From Gammaproteobacteria bacterium (GTDB lineage Bacteria > Pseudomonadota > Gammaproteobacteria > SZUA-229): a DNA stretch of 38,481 nucleotides. The stretch lies in NCBI GenBank assembly GCA_022712755.1, contig JAFLJY010000006.1, forward strand, positions 1-38,481, read 5' to 3'. The translations under genes were made by a program, and so were the position numbers. Of the stretch, positions 1-10,100 are shown piece by piece (within the stretch, counting starts at the first letter, position 1; each line of letters opens with the position of its first letter). Below the pieces are notes generated by a model. That model did not search any database. It saw only the letters and a program-made list of their open reading frames with translations, and was not told the origin of the DNA.

Positions 1-614
1 TCATCCTGTTTACCGAGAGTTTTGACTATGCGGTCATCCAGACGTGAGAGCTCAAGGTCTGCACGTAATACATCCTGCTGTTTTACACGCCCGGCAGCAT
101 AGTGCGCTTCAGTTATTTTCACCAGGCTTTTAAAAAGTGAACGACTGTTATTGATAATTTTTTCTGCCTGCACTTCATAATACAGGTTGAGATAGACTTC
201 ACGCAGGTCACGGGTAATTTTCAGGTTTTCGTCATCTGCCTGTGCCAGTGAAGCTTTGGACAGCCAGCGCGACTGCTGCTGTTTATATTCCAGGCTATCG
301 CCTTTTGGGAAGGCCTGTTGCACACCCAGGCGAAGTTGCGTGCTCGGTTCCTGCGTTGTACTGAAAGTATCAACCGGCAGGTTAAACATGCCCAGGCGTA
401 ATTGAGGATCCGGTAAAGTATTATCGGCTATCGACTGATCATCGAATGCCCGTGATGATGCCAGGTAGCTTTTTACCATCGGATCATCAGTTAAAGCCAG
501 CTGTTCAGCCTGCTTTAAATTTAATGCCAAAACATTATGGCTAAACAGTAAAACAAGGCCAGCTGCCAGCCACGTTTTAGCATAAGAAAATTTTGATAAA
601 GTTGATTGACTCAT
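1..614 (-). CDS. TolC-family outer-membrane factor of a heavy-metal RND efflux system (CusC/CzcC-like); runs off the left edge
   Basis: Manual translation from ATG 614 (GGAGG RBS at 621-625): MSQSTLSKFSYAKTWLAAGLVLLFSHNVLA-LNLKQAEQLALTDDP...TLPDPQLRLGMFNLPVDTFSTTQEPSTQLRLGVQQAFPKG. Signal peptide plus the LPDP...QxFP signature of metal-efflux OMFs. Absent from the ORF track because no stop lies in the window. Confidence 0.8.
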   Translation of the reverse strand, partial: MSQSTLSKFSYAKTWLAAGLVLLFSHNVLALNLKQAEQLALTDDPMVKSYLASSRAFDDQSIADNTLPDPQLRLGMFNLPVDTFSTTQEPSTQLRLGVQQAFPKGDSLEYKQQQSRWLSKASLAQADDENLKITRDLREVYLNLYYEVQAEKIINNSRSLFKSLVKITEAHYAAGRVKQQDVLRADLELSRLDDRIVKTLGKQD

Positions 615-617
615 GGC

Positions 618-704
618 CAACCTCCGTAAAAGAATAGAGTGACACCACGTTACTTCGTCTGTAACGGGACGTGTTTATTTTTACGAGAGTGTTAGCGGAG
701 GTCG
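618..704 (-). promoter_or_regulatory. RBS-sequestering mRNA hairpin between the leader ORF and the OMF gene
   Basis: mRNA CGACCUCCG (704-696, the R-P-P codons) pairs with CGGAGGUUG (626-618, containing the SD): 9 bp with one G-U. Further complementary pairs at 625-631/679-685 and 648-653/661-666. Confidence 0.6.
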
Positions 705-1070
705 CGAAGGTGGGGAAAGTGCTCTTATCAGGAGCTTTGAAGAAGACAGGATTAACTTTTCAGTATTAACAAGAACCGGCGAATAAGATGAAACCTGCAT
801 TAGCAGTGAAACCGTCATGCCCATATCACAATTTCCAGCACAACTATCAGCATCACAACAACAGCATTCATGCTGACTTTGTTGAGACTGATTAATGTGA
901 TCAGGAATATGATCTGCTTGAGATACATGCATATGATGTGTCGAAACAGTTGCTGACATATCATCCATATTGCAGTGCGAAACCTGTTCAGCCAAAACAC
1001 TACGCATCGGCGTAAACATCAACAAAATGATGAGCACATAACGTAATACATTGTCGAATTTAATGTTCAC
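681..1070 (-). CDS. His/Cys/Met-rich leader protein (CopL/DUF2946/CutF-like) with a C-terminal proline motif
   Basis: Signal-like N terminus, HCNMDDM..HHMH..CCCCDADSCAGNC cluster and C-terminal SPPSRPP; lies directly upstream of the efflux gene. Confidence 0.7.
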   Translation of the reverse strand: MNIKFDNVLRYVLIILLMFTPMRSVLAEQVSHCNMDDMSATVSTHHMHVSQADHIPDHINQSQQSQHECCCCDADSCAGNCDMGMTVSLLMQVSSYSPVLVNTEKLILSSSKLLIRALSPPSRPPLTLS

Positions 1071-1170
1071 AGAGTAATGAGTTATTTTTCGTTACCAATC
1101 AATGCTTTCAAGAAGTAAAAACTTAGTCCAAAGCAAAAATAAGAAGTTCCTTAAAACTTACAACTGATTA

Positions 1171-2520
<1,350 letters not shown>

Positions 2521-2544
2521 TTAAACTTATAAATAAACGAGATT

Positions 2545-2616
2545 TTATCCACAGATGAACACTGATAAACGCAGATTTTTAAGAAAATATCTTTATCTGT
2601 GTTCATCTGTGGATAA
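2545..2616. repeat. decamer-based inverted-repeat element (ATCCACAGATGAACAC family)
   Basis: Perfect 18-bp IR ttatccacagatgaacac (2545-2562) / gtgttcatctgtggataa (2599-2616); related copies at 3951-4147 and 27006-27151. Confidence 0.85.
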
Positions 2617-2654
2617 TTGTTTTGTTATGTATTGTGCATTTGCGATAAATAATT

Positions 2655-3851
2655 TTAGTCTATTACTATCCACTTGCCATCAACAAGGCAAAGGCTTTTA
2701 CTGCAACCCATCGCCTTTGCATCTGTTTTTTGTCCCGGCAATTGCTCAATCACACAATTCCCTTCTGCACGTAACGCAGTAATTATCTTTTGATCTGCAC
2801 CAGTGGACGCAAATATTTTTATCGGCAAATCAAACTGCTTGTTCGATAATTGATTTAATACTTTTAAATCTGTACTAAAACCGACTGCTGCTCTGGCTCG
2901 TCCAAACACTTTGCCAATATCATCATAGCGACCACCGCGGGCAATTGCCTGACCTAACTGTGGCACAAAGGCAGCAAACACCACACCGGTTTTATAGTGA
3001 TAACCGTGCAGTTCAGACAAATCAAAATGCACTTTGGTTGTCGATAACTGATCACCAAATCGTAGCCACATTAATTCGGCTGTTTTTTCCAGATAATCAA
3101 TCGCCTGTTTCACTGAATCATCTGCATCAGCCAGCACTTCCCTGGCTTTTGACAACACGCTTTTATCACCATTAAGTGAATACAGCCCTGACAACATGGC
3201 TTTCACTTTTTCTTCAATATCTAATGAGTCTAATAAGGTATTAATCTCTGTGACGGCTTTACGCTGCAACATATCAAATAGCTGGCTTTCAACTTCTTTT
3301 GATAAACCAGCCTGTTTAGCCAAACCACGGTAGATATCAACATTACCCAAATCCAGATAGATGTCGTTTATTTCCATAGCGGCAAATGTCTGTAACATTA
3401 AGCCGATTATTTCAACTTCAGATTCTACACCGGCGTGACCATACAATTCTGCACCAAGCTGTAGTGGGCTACGGCTATCGCCAATAGATTCAGGACGAGT
3501 GCGTAATACGGTGCCAATGTAACACAGGCGTGTTGGTACATCTCGTTGCGGCTGGTCGACATCAAGCTGGTGGGCATCAATACGCGCAACCTGAGGTGTC
3601 ATGTCAGCGCGTAACCCTAATGTTCTACCAGATAGTTGATCGACCAGTTTGAAGGTTTGCAGATCGAGATCGTGCCCTGTACCAGTAAGCAATGATTCAA
3701 TAAAATCAATGGTCGGCGGTTTTACCAGTTCATAACCCCAGCTGGAATACAAATCGAGCAACAGTCGACGCATGGCTTCAAACCTTGCGGCCTGTTCAGG
3801 CAAAACTTCTTCAATGCCTTCGGGTAAAATCCAGTGTTTTTTTGTTGTCAT
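2655..3851 (-). CDS. hisZ: ATP phosphoribosyltransferase regulatory subunit
   Basis: WILPEGIEEVLP, LRADMTPQVARID, RLCY, YHYKTG and GGRYD motifs; upstream of purA. Start 3851 preferred; the ORF extends to 3881. Confidence 0.95.
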   Translation of the reverse strand: MTTKKHWILPEGIEEVLPEQAARFEAMRRLLLDLYSSWGYELVKPPTIDFIESLLTGTGHDLDLQTFKLVDQLSGRTLGLRADMTPQVARIDAHQLDVDQPQRDVPTRLCYIGTVLRTRPESIGDSRSPLQLGAELYGHAGVESEVEIIGLMLQTFAAMEINDIYLDLGNVDIYRGLAKQAGLSKEVESQLFDMLQRKAVTEINTLLDSLDIEEKVKAMLSGLYSLNGDKSVLSKAREVLADADDSVKQAIDYLEKTAELMWLRFGDQLSTTKVHFDLSELHGYHYKTGVVFAAFVPQLGQAIARGGRYDDIGKVFGRARAAVGFSTDLKVLNQLSNKQFDLPIKIFASTGADQKIITALRAEGNCVIEQLPGQKTDAKAMGCSKSLCLVDGKWIVID

Positions 3852-3950
3852 GTCAGTCTTGTTTTTGTTATCCAGTATCACAAAAAACCCGTCTCTTTTA
3901 GATCAGGGATATAAGCACACTTGCAGACCTATGTACTAAAAAAATATTTT

Positions 3951-4147
3951 TCCACAGATGGTCGCTCTTACGCATCCATGCGTCCGCGACATTAGTGCTA
4001 TCCGTGCACGTCAACGCAGATAAACACAGAGTAGTGGCACAAGGATGTGCCGTTTACGAACCAAAGGATGGATAAAAGAATTTATTGTTAACCTCGCCGT
4101 AGGCGAAGGTAAAAAAATATCTGTGTTCATCTGCGTTTATCTGTGGA
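3951..4147. repeat. decamer IR element with nested hairpin insertions
   Basis: Left arm tccacagatg|aacgcagataaacacaga is interrupted by 52 nt (3961-4012). Right arm atctgtgttcatctgcgtttatctgtgga at 4119-4147. Confidence 0.8.
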
Positions 4148-4161
4148 TATTATATTTTTGC

Positions 4162-4347
4162 TTATTGAATAAAGTAGAGGATGACTACACCTGCCATCAT
4201 GCTGGCAAAGCCAAAGCCACGCAAAACTTTGTCCGGTAGTTGCGCTGCCTGTGACATTGCATCGCGCCAGCTTTTCGGGCTCAAAAAGGGCAACATGCCT
4301 TCTATCACCAACACCAGCGCCAGTGCAGGTATGATGCTATCCCACAC
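4162..4347 (-). CDS. DUF2065 family small membrane protein (YjeT-like)
   Basis: ALVLVIEGMLPFLSPKSWR...LRGFG; usual position after hflC. Confidence 0.9.
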   Translation of the reverse strand: MWDSIIPALALVLVIEGMLPFLSPKSWRDAMSQAAQLPDKVLRGFGFASMMAGVVILYFIQ

Positions 4348-4490
4348 AGTAACTACTCATCTCACCCCCAAAATACGTCATTTGTAAGGCATGTCCATAT
4401 GCCTTACCCCTTCGGGGCTTACGCGAAAACCTTTTCCAGAAAGGTTTTTCAGCGTTAGAAAATGGACATTTACATGCGTAAACTCACATT

Positions 4491-4543
4491 TATGTCCACG
4501 GATGGACGGTATTTCGCAAGAAGCCATGGATGGCGGTGCGATT
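4491..4543. repeat. CATCCATGG double-hairpin repeat unit (inverted copy of the 8538-8674 unit)
   Basis: Reverse complement aatcgcaccgccatccatggcttcttgcgaaataccgtccatccgtggacata closely matches 8558-8610. Confidence 0.85.
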
Positions 4544-4619
4544 CTGCCTTGAACTGACGAATTTTGTGGGCAACCTGAGTAGCTACAGCATAGTGCCAAA
4601 AAATTAGCCCACATTTTGC

Positions 4620-5492
4620 TTAGTTGCTCATCTTGCCCGAGGGGTCTTTAAAGAAGCGGAAGTAATCTGAGTCTGGTTGCAGTAAGATAATATCATCGGC
4701 ACTGGAAAAGTTTTTCTTGTATGCCGTTAAGCTACGAGAAAACTTATAAAACTCCCGATCCCGGTTAAATGCTTCAGCATAAATTTCTGTTGCCTGCGCA
4801 TCACCTTCACCACGTGTTATTTCAGAGTCACGCGAGGCTTCTGCAATTAAAATACTGCTTTGGCGATCGGCATCGGCGCGAACGCGTTCTGCAGCTTCAT
4901 TACCCTTGGAGCGAAAATCCCGTGCTTCACGTTCACGCTCTGCGCGCATACGCGCGAATACAGACTGACTTACCCGATCTGGATAATCTACCTTTTTAAC
5001 ACGCACATCAATCACTTCTATACCCAGGGATTTAGCATGGGTGGATGCCGCCTGTGTCACCACACCCATTATCTGTTCACGATCACCCGAAATCACTTCA
5101 TGAATAGTGCGTTTACCAAACTCGTTACGCAGCGCATTGTTAATATTCTCATATAATAAACGCCCAGCTGTCAGCTCATCCCCTTGCGTGGTTTTGTAAT
5201 ATTGAACCTCATCTTTGATGCGCCATTTAACATATGAGTCTACTATCAGGTCTTTCTTTTCCTGTGTAAGAAAACGTTCAGGTCGCTGATCGATGGTTAA
5301 AATTCGATCATCAAACTTTTTAACGCTGTTTATAAAAGGGATTTTAAAATGCAACCCCGGTTCAAAGCTAGATTTAATAATCTCACCAAACTGAAATTTT
5401 AGTGCTTTCTGACGTTCATCAACCGTAAAAACGGAAAACCATAACAACACAGCAACTAATGGCCCAATAATTTTTAAACTGTTCATTAGCAT
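4620..5492 (-). CDS. hflC: FtsH protease modulator HflC
   Basis: SPFH domain, PGLHFKIPFI, RMRAERER, FYKFSRSL; start overlaps the hflK stop (TAATG). Confidence 0.96.
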   Translation of the reverse strand: MLMNSLKIIGPLVAVLLWFSVFTVDERQKALKFQFGEIIKSSFEPGLHFKIPFINSVKKFDDRILTIDQRPERFLTQEKKDLIVDSYVKWRIKDEVQYYKTTQGDELTAGRLLYENINNALRNEFGKRTIHEVISGDREQIMGVVTQAASTHAKSLGIEVIDVRVKKVDYPDRVSQSVFARMRAEREREARDFRSKGNEAAERVRADADRQSSILIAEASRDSEITRGEGDAQATEIYAEAFNRDREFYKFSRSLTAYKKNFSSADDIILLQPDSDYFRFFKDPSGKMSN

Positions 5493-6664
5493 TATCGTAC
5501 TCCTCTTGAACGCAAACTATCTAATCTGGATTGCTGCTCGGTTTGCCTTTCACCACGCTGTTGAATGTCTCTTAAGATATCCGCTGCTGTTTTTTGCTGC
5601 TGCGTCGAGCCATCTGTCACTTGTCGTCCCATTAATTTATCCAATGGTAATAGCAGCAGATTATTGCCGCCGTCTACATCAACCATTATTTTAGTGCTGT
5701 TAGTCAATACCGACTCCTTCATGTCGAGATACAGGCGTTGACGAGTAACCTGTGGTGATTTCTGGTACTCTTTTAACAACTGTTTGAAACGCTCACCTTC
5801 ACCTTCTGCCCGGGCAATAACTTCACTTCTATAGGCTTCTGCTTCTTCAAGTATACGTGCAGAGGCACCGCGTGCTTTTGGAATGACTTCATTGCGGTAA
5901 GCTTCAGCTTCATTTTTAAAGCGCACTTCATCCTCACGTGCCCGTGTTACATCATCAAACGCATCTTTTACTGCTTCCGGTGGTTTGGCTTCCTGGATGT
6001 TCACGTCAAAAATGGAGATACCGGCTACATAAGTATTAACAATACCCTGAATAATCTCTTCTACCTGTATCGCGATTTCTGCACGACCCTCGGTAATAAC
6101 ATGATCCATTTTACTGCGGCCAATACTTTGACGTAATGCACTTTCTGTTATCTGCAACAAAGAAATATCTGGACTTCGCACATTAAATAAATACTGTTCT
6201 GCGTCGACAACCTGATATTGAACGGTACCTATAATATCAACAATGTTTTCGTCTTCGGTCAACATGGTTGAATTGATTGGTAAGGTATGCACCCTGGTTA
6301 CGTCTACTTTTTCAACACGCTCAATCGGTATCGGCAAATGCCAGTGCAAACCGGTCTGTACGGTATCTACATGCGCGCCAAACCGCAGTACAATACCTCG
6401 CTCGGCTTCTTCAATTTTGTAAAAGCCAGTCGCCATCCAGAATGCGAGTAATATAGCAACCACCAGGCCGATGCCAAAGCCACTATAGCCACCGCCTGAA
6501 CTGCCACTTTTGCCGCCGCCTTTGCCGCCAAAAATACTGCCAAATTTATCCTGCAGATTTTTAAAAACTTCATCGAGATCAGGTGGCCCCTGATTTCCAC
6601 GATTACCCTTATTGTTGCCCCACGGATCTTTGCTGCCATTACCACCAGGTTCATTCCAGGCCAT
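5492..6664 (-). CDS. hflK: FtsH protease modulator HflK
   Basis: MAWNEPG..DPWG..GPPDLDE N terminus, MLTEDENIV, AFDDV, VTRQRLYL. Start 6664 preferred; the ORF extends to 6691. Confidence 0.96.
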   Translation of the reverse strand: MAWNEPGGNGSKDPWGNNKGNRGNQGPPDLDEVFKNLQDKFGSIFGGKGGGKSGSSGGGYSGFGIGLVVAILLAFWMATGFYKIEEAERGIVLRFGAHVDTVQTGLHWHLPIPIERVEKVDVTRVHTLPINSTMLTEDENIVDIIGTVQYQVVDAEQYLFNVRSPDISLLQITESALRQSIGRSKMDHVITEGRAEIAIQVEEIIQGIVNTYVAGISIFDVNIQEAKPPEAVKDAFDDVTRAREDEVRFKNEAEAYRNEVIPKARGASARILEEAEAYRSEVIARAEGEGERFKQLLKEYQKSPQVTRQRLYLDMKESVLTNSTKIMVDVDGGNNLLLLPLDKLMGRQVTDGSTQQQKTAADILRDIQQRGERQTEQQSRLDSLRSRGVR

Positions 6665-6847
6665 GTCGTGCTTGTTATTTTGCTTTCGCATATTAAGTTT
6701 CCAGAATTCGCTTTGTGTGTTGATGAATCGAGGTGTATTTAAGACACCCGAAAACGGGGTATTGTACCTGAATATAAAATCATTAAAAGCTTTTTACCGC
6801 AGAAACGCAGAGACGCGGAGTTTTTTTACTAGTTGCACCTTCGGTTC

Positions 6848-6929
6848 GTAGGTTGGGTTAGCGATAGCGTAACCCAACAAAGCCAGGTGTGCACAAATGT
6901 TGGGTTACGCTATCGCTAACCCAACCTAC
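6848..6929. repeat. GTAG-type REP doublet (REPIN-like)
   Basis: gtaggttgggttagcgatagcgtaacccaaca ... tgttgggttacgctatcgctaacccaacctac; nested inside a looser accgcag.../...ttgcggt palindrome (6796-6951). Confidence 0.9.
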
Positions 6930-6980
6930 TGCACTTCGCCTCTCTTGCGGTGAATATTTTTTAAAAAACGACCTTATAAC

Positions 6981-8267
6981 TTATAATAGCATTGATTCCA
7001 GCGGGATCTGCTCGCGCGATTCGAACTGGTTTAAATCCCGACGTGATATGCTAATTTGCAAAACAAAATGACCTTGTTCATCAATGGTTTCATTTCGCAC
7101 AGCACCCATTTCAAACAGCTTTGCTCTAATACGCGCATCAGCTGGTGTTAAACACAAGATCCCTTCTATCATCTGCTCCCTAAACAAATCAATAAGCACC
7201 TGTTTTAACAAATCTATGCCTTCACCCGACTCTACTGACAGCCAGATGCGTTTCACCTTGCCATCATCAGCAACATCCACTCGGGGTTTTACACCCGTCA
7301 AATCTACTTTATTCATTATCTGAATACAGGGGACTTCAAGCGCATCTATTTGTTCCAGCACCTTTTCCACTTCATTTATATTGGCATCACGATTTTCATC
7401 TGCAGAATCAATAACGTGCAATAATAATTGTGCCTGCGCTGTCTCCTGTAACGTGGAACGAAAGGCATTGACCAGATCATGCGGCAGATGGCGGATAAAA
7501 CCAACCGTATCAGCTAGTATCACAGTAACATCTTTCGTTAAATCAACTCGCCGTAATGTGGGATCCAGCGTGGCGAATAGTTGGTCGCGCACATAAACAT
7601 CATCTTCTGACAACACGTTAAACAGACTGGACTTTCCAGCATTGGTATAACCCACTAATGATATGGTTGCGATTTCCGCTTTTTGTCGGGATCGTCTGCC
7701 CTGCTCACGTTGTTTTCTGACTTTTTCCAGGCGTTTATTGATCTGTTTGATACGCAATCCAAGCAATCGGCGATCGGTTTCCAGCTGAGTTTCTCCGGGG
7801 CCACGCAAACCAATACCGCCTTTTTGACGCTCCAGATGGGTCCAGCCACGCACCAGTCGGGTGGAAAGATGTTTTAATTGCGCCAGCTCGACCTGTAGTT
7901 TTCCTTCAAATGAACGTGCGCGTTGGGCAAAAATGTCCAGAATTAAACCGGTGCGATCCAATACCCGACACTCGATCAAACGTTCCAGATTGCGCTCCTG
8001 CGAGGCGGCTAGTTGATGGTTAAACAACACCAGATCGGCTTTATGCTGTTTTACCAGCTCCGCAATTTCTTTTGCTTTGCCACTGCCAATAAAATACCGA
8101 GGATCGGCTCGCTTACGGCTAGTGGTGGTGATGGTCATTATTTGCGCGCCCGATGACAGCACCAGCTCTTTGAATTCGGATAGATTTTCACGATGCGCTT
8201 CATCGCGTATATCCATGTGAACTAAAATAGCACGATTGCCACCTTCAACGCGTTCAATGTCTAGCAT
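6981..8267 (-). CDS. hflX: ribosome rescue GTPase HflX
   Basis: GPGETQLETDRR, GYTNAGKS, LFATLDPT, DTVGF, NKVD. Confidence 0.97.
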   Translation of the reverse strand: MLDIERVEGGNRAILVHMDIRDEAHRENLSEFKELVLSSGAQIMTITTTSRKRADPRYFIGSGKAKEIAELVKQHKADLVLFNHQLAASQERNLERLIECRVLDRTGLILDIFAQRARSFEGKLQVELAQLKHLSTRLVRGWTHLERQKGGIGLRGPGETQLETDRRLLGLRIKQINKRLEKVRKQREQGRRSRQKAEIATISLVGYTNAGKSSLFNVLSEDDVYVRDQLFATLDPTLRRVDLTKDVTVILADTVGFIRHLPHDLVNAFRSTLQETAQAQLLLHVIDSADENRDANINEVEKVLEQIDALEVPCIQIMNKVDLTGVKPRVDVADDGKVKRIWLSVESGEGIDLLKQVLIDLFREQMIEGILCLTPADARIRAKLFEMGAVRNETIDEQGHFVLQISISRRDLNQFESREQIPLESMLL

Positions 8268-8318
8268 TTAATTTTTTTTATAATCATGTATTTTCATGCC
8301 TCGGCATTTAACTCAGTT

Positions 8319-8401
8319 CGTAGGTTGGGGTGAGGCACGAACCCCAACAAAACGGTACGGCTACTAATAATGTTGGGGTTCGTGCCTCGCCCCAACCTAC
8401 G
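8319..8401. repeat. GTAG-type REP doublet (variant)
   Basis: cgtaggttggggtgaggcacgaaccccaaca ... tgttggggttcgtgcctcgccccaacctacg. Confidence 0.9.
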
Positions 8402-8409
8402 TACTCAAC

Positions 8410-8438
8410 AAAAAAATGGCCGCCGATGGCGACCATTT
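8410..8438 (-). terminator. intrinsic terminator downstream of hfq
   Basis: Minus strand AAATGGTCGCC-ATC-GGCGGCCATTT running into a T7 tract. Confidence 0.7.
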
Positions 8439-8537
8439 GTTCTTGTTCCTTTTGTTATCATCTGTGCGTTATCATCTGTGTTATGGTTTGCGTGATTCGG
8501 TAATTGCTCCTCGGTAATTGCTCCTGCATTACCCTAC

Positions 8538-8674
8538 TACCGTCCATCCATGGACATAATCGCACCGCCATCCATGGCTCTTTGCGAAATACCGTCCATC
8601 CATGGACATAATCGCACCGCCATCCATGGCTCTTTGCGCCATAATGCAAACATGGCCGTCCATCCATGGACATA
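8538..8674. repeat. tandem 52-bp repeat of CATCCATGG hairpins
   Basis: taccgtccatccatggacataatcgcaccgccatccatggctctttgcg at 8538 and 8590, partial third copy at 8656-8674; duplicated cggtaattgctcct at 8498-8525. Confidence 0.9.
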
Positions 8675-8694
8675 TATACTCACATCACCAGTAA

Positions 8695-8943
8695 CTATCC
8701 ATTACCATCAGTCTCAGCTTCTTCTTCAACATTCCATTTAACCTGCCGTGATGGAACGACAGTAGATATAGCATGTTTATAAACCATCTGCGTTACAGTG
8801 TTTTTTAGCAGTACCGCAAACTGGTCGAATGATTCGATTTGCCCCTGTAGTTTAATGCCGTTTACCAGAAAAATAGAAACCGGTACTCGCTCCCTTCTCA
8901 GTGCATTTAAATAAGGATCTTGTAAGTGATGTCCTTTTGACAT
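8695..8943 (-). CDS. hfq: RNA chaperone Hfq (82 aa)
   Basis: [42 protein letters not shown]...[10 protein letters not shown]; start at ATG 8943. Confidence 0.98.
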   Translation of the reverse strand: MSKGHHLQDPYLNALRRERVPVSIFLVNGIKLQGQIESFDQFAVLLKNTVTQMVYKHAISTVVPSRQVKWNVEEEAETDGNG

Positions 8944-9081
8944 GTGATTCCCCAATATTATTGTTATTGTTATTGTATTGTTATCTGAGGTTAAGACCTG
9001 AGTGCTTGCTAATCGTTCCAGACTCACAGCAATCACCCGATATGACGTAACAAAGTCTAGCATCAATGACGCGCCATTTCT

Positions 9082-10056
9082 CTATGATAGTAAAAATTTG
9101 AAATTTTTCAGAATTTTTGGCATATTTAATGCAAATGGGTCAATAAAATTGCACTCCGCCTCTTTTCGCAACCAGGTCATCTGACGTTTTGCCAGTTGCG
9201 CAGTGGCAATAATGGCTTTATCTCGCATCTCATCAAAGCCGTACTCCCCAACCAGATATGACCAGACCTGTCTATAACCGACTGCGCGAATTGACGGCAT
9301 ATCTGCATGCAGATCAGCGCGTTTAAACAAACCTTCAACTTCTTCAATAAAACCCTGTTGTAGCATAAGGTCAAAACGCTGCGTTATTCGCTTACGCAGT
9401 TCGACACGATCGGGAGGCATTAAGGCTATTTTAATACGCCGGTATGGAAAAGAATTTTTTTGCTGATTGTTTTTTTGTTCCTGCCAAAAATCCGTTAGCG
9501 TTTTACCTGTCGCATCATAAAGTTCCAGCGCCCTTTTTATCCTTTGCGGATCATTGGGGTGGATACGTTCAGCCGACACCGGATCAACACTTTTCAGGCG
9601 CTCATGCAGTGCAGAAATCCCTTTGGTTTTCGCTTCTGTTTCGATTGCCTGCTTTACCGCATCATCAACTTCCGGCATGTTCGCCAAACCTTTTTGCAAG
9701 GCATTAAAATACAGCATAGTGCCACCAACCAGTATCGGCGTGCGTTGATTGAGCGCACTTTGTTGCATTAAATTTAAAGCGTCTTCACGAAACTGCCCTG
9801 CCGAATAGACTTCTGCAGGATCAATAATGTCGATTAGATGATGAGGACATTGTTTTAAGGTTTGTTTATCGGGTTTTGCTGTGCCGACATCCATACCTCG
9901 GTAAACCAGCGCTGAATCAACACTGATTAAGTTACATTCCAGCTCGTTATATATGGAGAGTGCCAGATCCGTTTTACCGGTGGCAGTTGGACCCATAATA
10001 AATATGGCAATGGGTGAATCTGGGAGCGCACCTTGCTGGATAATTAGATCGTTCAT
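9082..10056 (-). CDS. miaA: tRNA dimethylallyltransferase
   Basis: GPTATGKT, SVDSALVYRGMDVGTAKP, GGTMLY, LAKRQMTW. Confidence 0.98.
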   Translation of the reverse strand: MNDLIIQQGALPDSPIAIFIMGPTATGKTDLALSIYNELECNLISVDSALVYRGMDVGTAKPDKQTLKQCPHHLIDIIDPAEVYSAGQFREDALNLMQQSALNQRTPILVGGTMLYFNALQKGLANMPEVDDAVKQAIETEAKTKGISALHERLKSVDPVSAERIHPNDPQRIKRALELYDATGKTLTDFWQEQKNNQQKNSFPYRRIKIALMPPDRVELRKRITQRFDLMLQQGFIEEVEGLFKRADLHADMPSIRAVGYRQVWSYLVGEYGFDEMRDKAIIATAQLAKRQMTWLRKEAECNFIDPFALNMPKILKNFKFLLS

Positions 10057-10100
10057 GATAAAGAGGGGTTTAAGTTAGAAACTTACAACTTAAAACTCAA

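Noticed and set aside
8498-8674. Possible CRISPR array, or the 71/63-aa ORFs
   Set aside because: The units are tandem without unique spacers and no cas genes are present; the ORFs are translations of the repeat.
8944-9066. N-terminally extended Hfq (123 aa)
   Set aside because: Homology begins at MSKG (8943), which has an RBS-like GGGGA; the extension is the low-complexity AAN tract.
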